A DNA stretch of 64,000 nt, taken from positions 17,484,001-17,548,000 of the forward strand of contig NC_135769.1 in the NCBI RefSeq assembly GCF_052425735.1, written 5' to 3'. Origin of the DNA: Oculina patagonica. Taxonomy: Eukaryota. The notes under the pieces are model-generated. The model saw only the letters and a list, made by a program, of their open reading frames with translations, was not told where the DNA came from and ran no database searches. Position 1 is the stretch's first letter; the number at the start of each line of letters is the position of its first letter. Both the position numbers and the translations under genes were made by a program. Below are positions 50,869 to 62,792 of the stretch, piece after piece.

Positions 50869-52322
50869 CACTCTTTTTTTTTTTATAAGAATACAGTTTT
50901 TCCGACCCAGGTTAAATATTCTTATTTTTCTGCCGATTTTAGGCTGAAAATATTCTTATGAACATTCTTAGAAAATACCGTTTGACATTTCCGTTTTAGC
51001 AAGTATTGGGTGATCAATTACAAGTGTTTGGTGTCCAGATCTGTATCGTGTTACACTTTTCGTTGCAGCCTGGCCGTTTTGGCAGATCATGACTAATACA
51101 CCACACGAGTACTACGAGTAACATACGGGTAACATACGAGTAACACACGGAACATACGGGAACATACGGGTACATACAGGTAACATACGAGTAACATACG
51201 GATACATACGAGTAACATACGGATACATACAAATAACATACCTGCATACCAGTTCCTATTTCATTTCACTTTATTTTATCTTATTTTTTATTTTTATTTT
51301 ATGCTCCCCCAGTGACCCCCACCCCCTTTCCCTCGACAAGGTTGCGCGACGAGCCCTAAGGACAAGACGTATCGCTGGATTTCACTGTCACGCAACGAAA
51401 AAGTACGACACAAAACCATTTACTAGTAAAAAAGTCAAGAATTTAAAATGCTATAAGATCAATAGCTCATCTTTACAATCTTACCCGTAACATACGAGTA
51501 ACATAAGGACACATACGGGTGCATACCAGTTCCAATTTCACTTCACCTATTTTATTTTTCAATTTTAATTTGTGCAACATAAGTAAACCAAACAAAACAT
51601 ATGAGTACTTACGGGTACATACAGGTAGCATACGAGTAACAAATCTATAAACGAAAAAATCAAATAATGGTCATGCAGATGTAACGCGTTTCTCCATCGC
51701 TCTCCCCGCCAAAAAAGATTGCGTGGCGAGCCCAAAGGACAAAGAGCATTGCTGGTTTTCACTGTCACGCCATGATAAAGTAAAAACAGATCAATAATTC
51801 CGGGGGCCGTGTTTGGTCTGTAACTTTTTATATTTTCACTTAAGTCGGCTTGGGAAGGACGGGGGACGGGGGGAGCATAAAATAAAAATGAAAAATAAGA
51901 TAAAATAAAGTGAAATAAAATAGGAACTGGTATGCACCCGTATGTATTCGTATGTTACTCGTATGTATCCGTGTGCTACTCGTATGTTACTCGTATGTAT
52001 CCGTGTGCTACTCGTATGTTACTCGTATGTATCCGTGTGCTACTCGTATGTTACCTGTATGTAGCCGTATGTACCCGTGTGTTCCGTGTGTTACTCGTAT
52101 GTTACTCGTAGTACTCGTGTGGTGTATTAGTCATGATCGTTTTGGCAAAGCAAAGCACAGAGATAAAGTGACGGAAATGAAAACACCTGTTTTTGTTTCA
52201 ACTAAAAACTATATTCTTTTAAAAATCTCAGCCTCGGGTTTATTCTTAAAATATTCTTAAAAATTCGCAAATTTCAGCCTCGATATTCCTTTAAACTAGA
52301 TTCTTATAAAATAAAAAGAGTG
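50869..52322. mobile_element. Tc1/mariner-type MITE (TA TSD) containing a nested element
   Basis: TIR CACTCTTTTT...ATAAGAAT / ATTCTTATAAAATAAAAAGAGTG flanked by TA. Confidence 0.7.
51085..52138. mobile_element. Nested MULE-like foldback element
   Basis: TIR GATCATGACTAATACACCACACGAGTACTACGAG, arms built of ACATACGAGTA-type repeats, and a 9-bp TSD GTTTTGGCA. Confidence 0.8.
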
Positions 52323-53247
52323 TACATAAGCACACATGAATTATTGAGAAATTGAATGCAATGATCTTCACAGCATGTAAGTACTTTAAATTAAGCGAGT
52401 TTATGGAATTTGAATCCATGACCAGGTCAATTGTTAGCCAGTTGCCACTCATCGCTCCTGGTTCTCTCACGCGAAACGCTAGACTTTCTAAAAGTTGTTC
52501 GCTCCTCGTTTCCGGTTTGGTGGTAGTAGACCCCGGTGCGAACTCGAGCTCTCGCGCTTCGCGCTCGCTTTTGCGCTTTGCGCTCTGTAAGCTCGACTTG
52601 TAAGCAAGTCTAGCGAAACGCCAAACCAGCCGAGAGCGACGAGAAGCGTCTGGGATTGGTGGCTAGTCAGTTGTAGGTTCAAATAATCCGCATTTAAATT
52701 GCACTCTATGAAGATCATTTCATTCATTTTAATGATTTAACCGCCGTTCGTTTATGTCTTTTCTAACATGTGCTTACCAAAGCACATGGTGATGTCATAC
52801 AAGGGAGCAGAGGCTCTCTTTCGTCATATAGAAGTGCGCCGGGATTGTGCTAACCGAAGCACATTTTATGATGTCATCCGAATTCTGTGCCGGAAATAAA
52901 AAGTTGCTTACCGAAGCATCTTACCACAACTTGAGATACACCGCAGACCTTTGGCACATTCCCGGGAAATTAGCATAACGTATAACAAACAGAAGTTACC
53001 CAGTTTACTTGATTTTTTTTAATAAAATGAGCCGTGCATTAAAATGAAACAAACTGTTTATCGTTTCTTTTTTTGGCATTAAACTAGCACAAAAAAAACT
53101 TTGCTGATTCGGGAAAGATGCACATGTGCAGACCCCAACTCGGGCTAAACTCCCCTCAGCAGCAGTGAGAGGGCAAATAAAAAACTTTTGAAATAAATAA
53201 TTTCCGTCTCGATTTGTCACATAAATGACGAAAGCGCACTTACTTGC

Positions 53248-53421
53248 TTAGCAAAACCTCTCGTCATGTTCTTGTGGGCGCTTCTGAGATTCATCAGGTT
53301 CTCCGGTCTCTCTCCCTGTTGCTCCCTTTATATTCCCCAATAACTTTAAAAACAACACAGAGATAATTCCACCGATGGCACCAAACACTGCAGTCTGCCA
53401 AAATTCTTCAGACGGAAACAT
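53248..53421 (-). CDS. PQEHDERFC microprotein, copy 8 (57 aa; absent from the ORF track)
   Basis: Hand translation: MFPSEEFWQTAVFGAIGGIISVLFLKLLGNIKGATGRETGEPDESQKRPQEHDERFC*. Donor GTAAGT 4 nt after the stop; 3'UTR exon from 50231. Confidence 0.85.
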   Translation of the reverse strand: MFPSEEFWQTAVFGAIGGIISVLFLKLLGNIKGATGRETGEPDESQKRPQEHDERFC

Positions 53422-54431
53422 TTCTGCTAGTTTCTCAAACTTTAGACCAGATGTACTGTTGAAAAAAATAATTTGAGCCGGGCTCTAGACTCAGAGTTTC
53501 TTTCGAGTTTTGTGTCCTCGTGTGACCTTCTTGTTCCTCTGCAGTTTTCGAGAAGTTTATTGTTCAACCTCACTGAGCACTTATCATAACAAGAAATTTG
53601 ATTGGTTCTTCTATCTGATACTATTCTGGTATACAGACTATTCTGACTATTCTGGAAACAGTACTGGCCCTGAAGAAGACTAGCTCTTCTAGTTGAAATA
53701 TTGGCCAATAAATCTTGCCCTCCTACCGTTGTACCAGCATTGTAATCAATATGGGTTTATTCTGGTATGCTGGAGGACGTGGCACATACAGTTCAGGCCG
53801 ATCAACAGTTTGCAATATAAGCAACAAGAGATAAATGATAAAACTGAAAGTCGTGGGTGCCCATGGACATGATATATATGGATGAATAACATGACCGCGT
53901 CACATCTTCAGCAAGACAACAACCGTAAAGTACCTGCTATATTTCAGGTTAACGAGGTTTAATACTCCGACTAAGATGAAATAACTGTAAAAACTGTGGA
54001 ATTAGGGCATGTAGACAGTTGTGGAAACAGGAAATTTTGGCGGAAAGAAATCGGAATTAGGTTATCGAATTTTAGTCTATTTAGGTTATCGAACTCAATA
54101 AATAAGATTAACCACGTTTAAGCTAAAAAGACAAACGAATACGCACAGTTTGCATTTCCGCGGCGACATATTGCATCAAACAGTCATCGAACAGATCAAA
54201 GTTTTCTCTTGTGCGCTGTAAGTCGATTTTAAAAAAGGCGATGCAAGTTAGACGACCAGAGGGGCAAGTAAAAAGTTTGCAATATCTGTGAATCCAACAG
54301 TTAATTGTGTCTAAATATCCTTCACGAAGAAACATATCTGCCATTTGGCGACATACTAAAACTGAACGAGCTAAGGGGTTTTCCTAGCGAGATCTAACCA
54401 TTTACATTGTCATTGGAATTATGTCATGTTC

Positions 54432-54469
54432 GGGGATTCCTCAAGTTGACTGTAATAATGTATTTGCAT
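54432..54469. promoter_or_regulatory. Degenerate NF-kB site plus octamer upstream of copy 8
   Basis: GGGGATTCCTC at 54432-54442 and ATTTGCAT at 54462-54469. Confidence 0.4.
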
Positions 54470-56161
54470 AATGACATCAAACAGTCACGCTATCCTTGAA
54501 TTTTCGACATTTAGGTCTTGTACTTTATTTCACTGATTCACGAGTCATTCCCATCTCGAAACTCTGGTCTGAAATTTTCGTAAGCATCTCGTTTGGAAGC
54601 CGTTTCATAACGAAAGTTTTCGTCTGCTTGTCAACAAGTGAATACAAATTACGCGAATTTCACTGCGATTTCACTGCGATTTATTTACAGTTGACTTTGA
54701 CAAAGAACTAAAAACTACAACTTAAGCTTGTAAATATTTTGAAAGAAACCAGATTAAATTGGACATAAAGTGTGGATTGTGAATTACAAATTACGACAAG
54801 TCTGATTCGCTCGGGTCACAGAGACAAAACACACTTGTAAATACGCTTGTACATAAACAATAACAACTGTCTTACTATTAAGATAAGGCGAAAATTACAA
54901 TCATACATTTGCGGTTGTTCTCTCTAGTAACAGGATGTGTACTACTAATCACAATATAAACTGAATACTACAGGATAGTCATGATCTGACTGATGATTTA
55001 CATGGCAAACAACTTAAAATATTAACAATTCTCAGTTCTGCAAATGTCTGCACTTTAAAACGCATTGCGGTACACAAAATCAATCAGACTTCTTGGGAAG
55101 TAGAAGCCGGTCGTACGTTCTTGCTTGAGCTGTATATTTCTAGAATTAAAAAAAAGGAAAAATTACATAAAAATTCCTTTTTTTCAAATTCAGAATATGC
55201 GAAAATAAAAAAACCCATGGAGCTTATTTAGTGTCTTTCGTAAGTAGTCTGTGTAGTTGGAGATGTCTGTCATGTGATGTCAATGTAGAAAATCGGTCTC
55301 TCTTGTTTCTTCTCCATTCATCCCGCTCGTTCTTGTGGCCGCTTCAGGCCGCTGGCACTACACCGTTTCTTTCCGGAATTAAAAGAAAGTAGTCCGAAAG
55401 TTATTATTCCGAAATTAACGTTGTGAGAGAATTCGAGCATAACTTACATAGTTTGACTGCTCCGTCCGTAACAATGCGTCACAAGATTACAAAAACAACA
55501 ATCAAGGAAATTCAAGTGTGGGCGCCACGTGATTGGTGAATTAATCTAATCAAATACATGTATCGGCAGCCAGGGGGCATACGACAGACATATACTTCAC
55601 AAACAAACGACCCATGGAACAAGATCCAGCTCAAGCTCATTTGCTTATTTAACAAAAGAATGACAAAACAGCACATTCATCCTTCACGCTCGAAGGTCAT
55701 TATTTTTTCGCACGCGCGACGGACTCTGCGAAAAAATATGGACTGCTCGTGGTCTTGCAGGCTATAAACGCGAGGTTCGCTTAATTTTCCAAAAATACAA
55801 GAGAAGCCTTTGCAGAGCACAGTCATGGCACGATGAGTCACCTCAGCTAATGTATGTCCACAGAGTCACTCCTTACTGTTTGTCCAGACTGAGTCAGGTG
55901 TAGCACGCGGGAAAAGAAAGCTCCTCGTCTCGAACCGCGCACCGGACCAGAGAACCAACGCAAACTTTCAGTCACAAGAAGTTATAATAATTGAATTATA
56001 TTTTTTAAGATATAAGAAACGAAGCTAAGATGGACATAAAGCAAGCAGAAAATTTAAAACATCCAAACGGCGTCAAGTACGCGAAATCTTCTCCGCTGTT
56101 CGTGGCAAATCAAAACCTTTGAAAATTATTTGCCCTCGATGCATAAAACTCACTCACCTTC

Positions 56162-56341
56162 TTAGCAAAATCTCTCATCATGTTCTTGAGGCCTCTTTTC
56201 AGGTTTGCTCAAATCCTGTCCTCTGATCCCTCTCTGTCCTGCTCCGAGTCCTTGATTCTCCAGCAACTTTAGAAACACTACTGTGATTATACCACTGATG
56301 ACACCACACACAGTACTCCAGCAAATTTCTTCAGGAAACAT
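56162..56341 (-). CDS. PQEHDERFC microprotein, copy 9 (59 aa; absent from the ORF track)
   Basis: Hand translation: MFPEEICWSTVCGVISGIITVVFLKLLENQGLGAGQRGIRGQDLSKPEKRPQEHDERFC*. Donor GTGAGT 4 nt after the stop; 3'UTR exon from 55139. Confidence 0.85.
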   Translation of the reverse strand: MFPEEICWSTVCGVISGIITVVFLKLLENQGLGAGQRGIRGQDLSKPEKRPQEHDERFC

Positions 56342-58345
56342 TGCTCCTAGCTTGTCCGGGTCGAAAGGCCAAATGTATTAATCACACGGCGCACTAGTGG
56401 AAAGCCTAATAACGGTTTAAACGTCGTTCTCTTTTTAACGTGTCGCGTCACGACGCAGTAGTGAAATGGTCGTTGTTTTCTCACTTTCTCAACCAACCCT
56501 GACATGACCCATGTTTGCTGATGTATGATAATCCCGTATGTCGTGAAATGGGAGTGTTTTCTCACTTTCTCAACCACCCTGACATGACCATGTTTGCTGA
56601 TGCATGATAATCGAAGCAGTGGGGTATAAATAGAGACCAATAAAATTCAGTTAAAGATACTTTACGTCAATCAGTTTTCTGCTTAACAACACTTTCGAAA
56701 GAGATCCGGAATGTAAACACGTGTAACACGGAACCGAAGTTTGTAGAACGCAAAAGAACGCAAAATGGGTTCATTGGTTTGATCTAATCTTTTGCAGCAA
56801 AGTGGAAGAAGATGGGATAAAAAAGCGGCTCACCGCAAAGGAGCACTCTGAAATAACAGAAAGTAACGTTAAAAAGACGAAACATACTGTACTCCTCTCA
56901 GTTCTTTCGTGCGTCAAAGGAATGCGCACGTTGTACTTAAAATCCATGTCTTGCGGCAAAAGCAATACAATACTGTAAACTGAAGTAAATTCTCCGAGGC
57001 GTAAAAATATCTACCATTGAAACACAGATGAATGAATCCTTTGGCACCGTTTTATATCCTTTCTACAAAAAAACACTGAATTGATCATATGCAAGAATTT
57101 TTGCAGCTCACACGTTCAAATTCTCCACAAGGAAACTTTTATGCCAGTTTTAGTTCATATGTACAACAGGCAACACTTGTCGGCGGATTGTCGGTGGTAC
57201 ACACGGTTCGAAAGTTTTGGCGGATCAATGATATTTTGTGAGAAAAGCGGGCGGTTGTACACAGGTTACATTACTCAACCCACTTGTGCTATAGGTTAAT
57301 AACGATGTTAAATAGCGTGTAGCATGGCATAGGCTTTGAAGTGGACGAAAGTGATTGTTGACAAATTTAAACGTATCTTGATCCATATCACAGAAAAATT
57401 CAGGAATTTGTATGCCCTGCTTTTTGCTTTTATCAAAATAATTACGGTACCGAATTGTGAAGGAACAAAACGGCAGGGGACCTGCTTCTATCTTGAAAGT
57501 CTTGAAAAGGCCACTGTTCAAGTGCGCGTAATAAGTTAAATTTATTCCGCAAAGATTCACATGACCAACTTTAATAACAATATTTTTAACTGCATATTCA
57601 CACCTCCGCGTCCCTGACCAAGCAGTGTCACGGTCTACTGGGAAGAGCGGTACTCGTGTATAATCCGTCACCGGAACAAATATGCTACAAGCAAACACAC
57701 ATATTGCAGCGTGTGATATTTACAGCTAAACTGACAAGTAACAACTGGACCTTGTAAACGTATAAAGTTGTCATTTGCTGTCAAAACCAGAAAACTGTTG
57801 GATCTCAGTCTGTTTGCCAAACTACAAGGCTAGTAACAATACCGTCTTCTTCCTCTACATATCATTGTCGGTGATGAATTTACAAAAGTGCTTGTTACTC
57901 AAAATAACATCTGTGGTAAGTCATTTACAAGACTAGTTTAAGTTTCGGTTTTATTACAATGCCGTTCTCTTCCACGGTATATAATAAATAACAAAAGTGC
58001 TTGTAGCAAATATACAGTAAAAAACACAGCAACAAAATGGTCGCTAAAGAACAGCTCCATCACAACAATATTACCTGAAGCTATAAACAACAGAAATAGC
58101 TTAAATACGGTATTGTGTGAAGGTCCTTAGCCTGCGTTGCAGACGAACTTAACCCCGGTTCTGTTCGTCTACAACGCAGGCTAGAAGGTCCCTAGTTAAT
58201 TCTTTGATTGTTCGAAAAGGCAGTGTAATTTTCAAGCACATTTTTGCGATCATTACTACTCGTAATATGTAACAAACAAGCATTTTACATTGTTCAGTGA
58301 AAACCAATGCACAAGGAAAACAGTTTATAAACATATATTAACAAT

Positions 58346-58561
58346 AGTGAAGAAATTATTCAACATGACACGAGCGTGGGAGCTCACAACGAGTCTCTCG
58401 TAGCTCAGTTGGTTAGAGCGCCCAACCGGTATCTGGGAGGCCATGGGTTCGATTCCCATCGGGGACTCAGTTTTTTTCTTTGTCCCACGCTCGTGTCATG
58501 TTGAATAATTTCTTCACTATTTATCACCGAGCTTGAAATTTACCATCTTTATTATTTACTA
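58346..58561 (+). mobile_element. Hairpin retro-insertion containing a tRNA-like Pol III unit
   Basis: 13-bp TSD ATATATTAACAAT (58333-58345, 58562-58574), 38-bp perfect inverted arms, and a tRNA-like segment at 58393-58468 with A box, B box and T7. Absent from the mirror arm near 31230. Confidence 0.7.
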
Positions 58562-59493
58562 ATATATTAACAATGTTCTGCGCGATAACTACTGTCACAC
58601 TCCACTGGCTAAAGTCATATTGTGGTAATTCCGGAAAGTCTGACGTCTGAAGGTTAAAGTAAATGTCGGCTGTACGTTCTGTAAGTTCTTGCTTGTGCTG
58701 TTTATTCCTTGGATAAAAACGGAAAACATCAACATTTTCGTTCCTTGCCTAAAGAGTTCACGAAAAGAAATAATACTTGTTCAAGGTCGTATAATATTCA
58801 TTCGAAAGGCAGTCCAGCTTATCGGGAAGGACAAAGTGATCACGAGCTCGATGTTTTGTATATCAGAAGCCTGCCACATGGGATACTGATCTACCTTTGC
58901 TTTCCTCTCTGACCCTAGTCTGTGAGCTCGCGCGCAATGCAACTCGCGTTGTTGTATCGCGTGTCAAGCAATGCCAACCAGACGTTTCAGTCATCGCTTT
59001 AGCCACGCTTTATTGCGCACTTGTTTGACACTCAAGGTCACGTGATATGTAGTGATATGTAGCTACATGTAGTGATATGTAGTGATATGTAGTGATATGT
59101 AGCTATATGTGAAGCCAACCGGACAACCGGAAACGCGCAGAGAAAACCGAGTTGTCCACCAAAACCAGCCAAAACTCTGCCAAAACGTTTCCCATAAAAA
59201 AAATGCCGAAGTTACAATGCTGATTTATAATTATTGTAAAAATTATTTTAATAGAATAAGCCATACATAAAATGAAAAAATGCGAAGATATCAAGTGAGA
59301 ACAATGACAAGCACATAAACAAAAACAATTTGAAATAAGAAATTCGTAGCGCGCACTACACGCCACTTTTGTCGTCGCGTTCATATACTTTTATGCGAGT
59401 CTTCTCGGATGTTTGAAGCAAATCAAAACTTTTGAAATAAATCATTTGCACTCGTTTGCTGCAATTAAATATGCGAACAAGCGCACTCACCTC

Positions 59494-59677
59494 TCAGCAA
59501 AACCTCTCGTCGTGTTCTTGAGGCTGTTTCTCAGCTTCGTTCAAATCATTCTCTCCTCTGATCTCTCTCCGCGCCGCTGTTTCTTTTTTTCTCCAACAAC
59601 TTCAAAACCACTACTGTGAGTATCCCGCCGATGGCAGCAAAAATAGCACTCCGCAAAATTTCTTCGCGAGAAAACAT
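59494..59677 (-). pseudogene. PQEHDERFC microprotein, copy 10, frameshifted (+1 A in a homopolymer)
   Basis: Nearly identical to copy 2, but with A7 instead of A6 after the LE codons. This gives ...KKRNSGAERDQRRE* and loses the tail; the PQEHDERFC codons remain in the shifted frame. Confidence 0.65.
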
Positions 59678-59959
59678 CTCTATCAGGTTTGTCTGCAAGC
59701 CGCGCACTGTTCTAACGATATGTAGCTTATAAGTAAACCCGCCGCCGTGTGAAGTGTACTTGTTATTCACCACCGCGCGGGGTGATACCGAAAAAGAAGA
59801 GATTGGCACTTGAAAAAGAAACCAATGAAATGCACTTCCGGGCGCTTCGTATTGGATGTATATGTGACCCCTTTGACTCGTGCGTAGGAGTTATTTTGGT
59901 GTATTTTGATTTCGAGTGCAATTTGGAATAAATCAGCACGACGAGTACATTATATGACA

Positions 59960-60250
59960 CCTTGAACTTTCCACTTTTCCAATCATGCGTAGAAGATATT
60001 TCACAGTTGTTTGGAAAACTAAAGACGGATTGGATTTGAGATGAATCTGGTGTTAAACCCATAGCAACAGTACACTCCAATGAGTTGTTGTTTGGATTAA
60101 TTTTGCACTGCGTCAGCCGTGATGTCACATCGGCCCAGAAGGATTCCGTTTTAGGGCATTTCCAGAAAAGATGAATTAATGTTTCTGGCACCTCACGGCA
60201 GAAGGAGCACTTAGAGTCATCTTTAATTCCTATTTTTGTAAACAAGTGAA
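59960..60250 (-). mobile_element. LINE fragment (zf-RVT C-terminal region)
   Basis: CSFCREVPETLIHLFWKCPKTESFW motif in ORF 59763-60245. Confidence 0.75.
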
Positions 60251-60831
60251 CTAACTATTGTTTTGGGAAAGGACAGCCTGATCGTACGAGCGCAAATCAA
60301 CACTCGTCGTGATAAACCGCCTTCGAGACACAACCACAACAAATATCGTAGAAATTCCGCAAAAATCCGAAATTTGAAGTCGAAAGGACAAATGAAAACG
60401 CGAAGTTTACATTTCCACGACATACTGCATCAACCAACATCGAACGCTCGCTAACACATCAACAAGATTGCCACATATTTTAGTGAGGTTGTCTCTTGAT
60501 CGATCTATGGTTCTTTCTGTACATCATTACATTTAATTCTTCCACGCAAAAAAGAAGCTTAGCATATTCTGCTTCACAATTACACTTCTGCACGATTTAC
60601 AAAGCGATGCAAGTTAGAAGTCAGGGCCGAGTAAACAGGTTGTAATATCTGTCATGACAGTTTACTGTGTCTAAAAGTCTTCAGGTAGAAACATATCTGC
60701 CAGATTATTCGGCAAGATGCCGAAACGTGTTATGTAAGAGGAACATTGTTTTCCTAGCGAGATCTAACTGCAGAAATGTTCGTAAAGAAATTTAACACCA
60801 TTTAACTTATCATTGAATGATGTCATAGTTC

Positions 60832-60868
60832 GGGGATTCCCCTCGTTGATCAAATTACACATTTGCAT
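60832..60868. promoter_or_regulatory. NF-kB plus octamer module upstream of copy 10
   Basis: GGGGATTCCCC at 60832-60842 and ATTTGCAT at 60861-60868. Confidence 0.5.
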
Positions 60869-62609
60869 ATTGACATTTACCCAAGACACGACAGTGTTGT
60901 ATGTCACAATATCCTCGAATTTATTGCTAATTCGAACTCTCCATATGATCTATGTACTATTTATTCTTTGAAAAAGAACTAAAAGCACCAACTTCAGCTT
61001 ATACATGTTTTGAAAGAGGCAGATAATAGAATTACAAATTACGATAAGTCTGATTCGCTCAAGTTACAGCGGCAAAATACGCTTGTAACTAAGCTTGTAC
61101 ATAAAAAATAACAACTGTCTTACTATTAAGATAAAGCGAACATTGCGGTTGTTCTTTTTAGAAACAGGATGTATACTGCTGATCACAATATGAACTGAAA
61201 TACTACAGGATAGTCATGATCTCATACATGGCAAATAACTCAAAATATTTACAATTCTCAGTTCTACAACTGTCTGCACTTCAAAACGCATTGCGGTACA
61301 GAAAATCAATCAGGCTTCTTCAGCAGTAAAATTCCATGCTTGAGCTCTATTTCTAAAATGAAAAAAAAAAACATCATTTTTTTCTTGATTCAGAAAACAC
61401 GAAAATTAGGGGATGCCATTAAGTGCAAGTGCCTTCAGTTGTCTGTGCAGTTGGAATTCTGATTTGTCACGCGATGTCTTCGTAGAGTTATTTACTGATT
61501 CAACACTGAGTAGAATTTTGATATTACCAGTAGGGGGGGTAAAGAATTTTACAATTCATTTTGTCAACCTTTAACAAAGTTCATTATAAACATGGTGTTC
61601 GAATAGTGTTTGAAATTTTGCCAGAATTTTGTCCGATTGGAAATGACAAGAAAGCGGTCCGAGAGTCATGATTATAAGTTCGAAATAAAACATAACAATG
61701 GGAAGAATTTTAATTTTTACCAGTTAGAGTGAAAAATTAGTTCACGTAATCAATCTTAAACATTGATCATTTCAAATATGGTGTTTAAAATCGTACCAAA
61801 ATTTTGTCCGAAATTAAAAAAAAGCGGTCCAAAAGTTATTAGTCCAAAATCATAAAACATAAACGCTTCCGAAGTGCGGTGAACCCTGCGCGTATACAGA
61901 GCGTGTTTATTGATCGCTCCGGGAAAACTCCCGCATATTAATGTAACTGCTGTAACTGCGCTATTATGTTGGCCTTTCTGAACTTTCTAAAATTTTAGTC
62001 CGCTCTAGTATTACATTGTTGTTGTGTGTTAACAACGATCATGTGCCAGGTAATGTTGATAAGTCAGCCCACAGTGGGCGCGAGACTGAGACAGAACTCG
62101 GCACTAAACAGGAACAAAATGGACAGACAGATAGGCTTAAAATTTTAGAATTTTTTTTCGCGATCTTTGAAATGAAATCATCTGCACCCTAGGGAGCGCT
62201 TTAATCAGACGAGAAAACAAAGGAAGCCTTTGCAGAAGACAGTGACGTTTACGTTTTACGTCACCACGCCACCACCACCATTCACACGCGGGAAACAGAA
62301 ACACCCTCTCGCGATCTCGTACCGTGTCAAGTCGTGCGTCGAACCCGGGAAGCTTAGCCGAATTTTTAACACGTTTAAGCACATGGAAGTCATAATATTG
62401 ATTTGCAGTTTTTGAGAAACAACAAATTAAAATGAAAAAAGCATATAAAACTAGAAAAGAAAAAATAAGATGTCGAATTCGCCGGCGGGCCTAATTTATG
62501 CGCGAAATCTTCTACGCTGTTCGAACAAAATAAAAACTTCTGAAATAAATAATTTGTCCTCTAATCAATTTCCCAGCAAATGTGTGAAAAATTGCACTCA
62601 CTGTTCTCC

Positions 62610-62792
62610 TTAGCAAAACCTCTCATCATGTTCTTGAGGCCTCTTTTCAGGTTTGTTCGAATCATCCTGTTGTCTGATCCCTCTCTGTCCTGCTCCGAGT
62701 CCTTGATTCTCCAGCAACTTTAGAAACAACACGGTGATAATACCACTGATGACACCACACACAGCACTCCAGTAAATTTCTTCAGGAAACAT
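62610..62792 (-). CDS. PQEHDERFC microprotein, copy 11 (60 aa)
   Basis: MFPEEIYWSAVCGVISGIITVLFLKLLENQGLGAGQRGIRQQDDSNKPEKRPQEHDERFC*. Donor GTGAGT 8 nt after the stop; 3'UTR exon from 61352. Confidence 0.85.
   Translation of the reverse strand: MFPEEIYWSAVCGVISGIITVLFLKLLENQGLGAGQRGIRQQDDSNKPEKRPQEHDERFC

Noticed and set aside
51085-52138. CRISPR-like or protein-coding repeat array
   Set aside because: These are short degenerate tandem units with no unique spacers, inside a TIR element with a 9-bp TSD.
58393-58468. Genuine tRNA-Thr(GGT) gene
   Set aside because: The acceptor stem is bulged, the anticodon stem is mismatched, and it lies inside an arm-specific insertion with a TSD.
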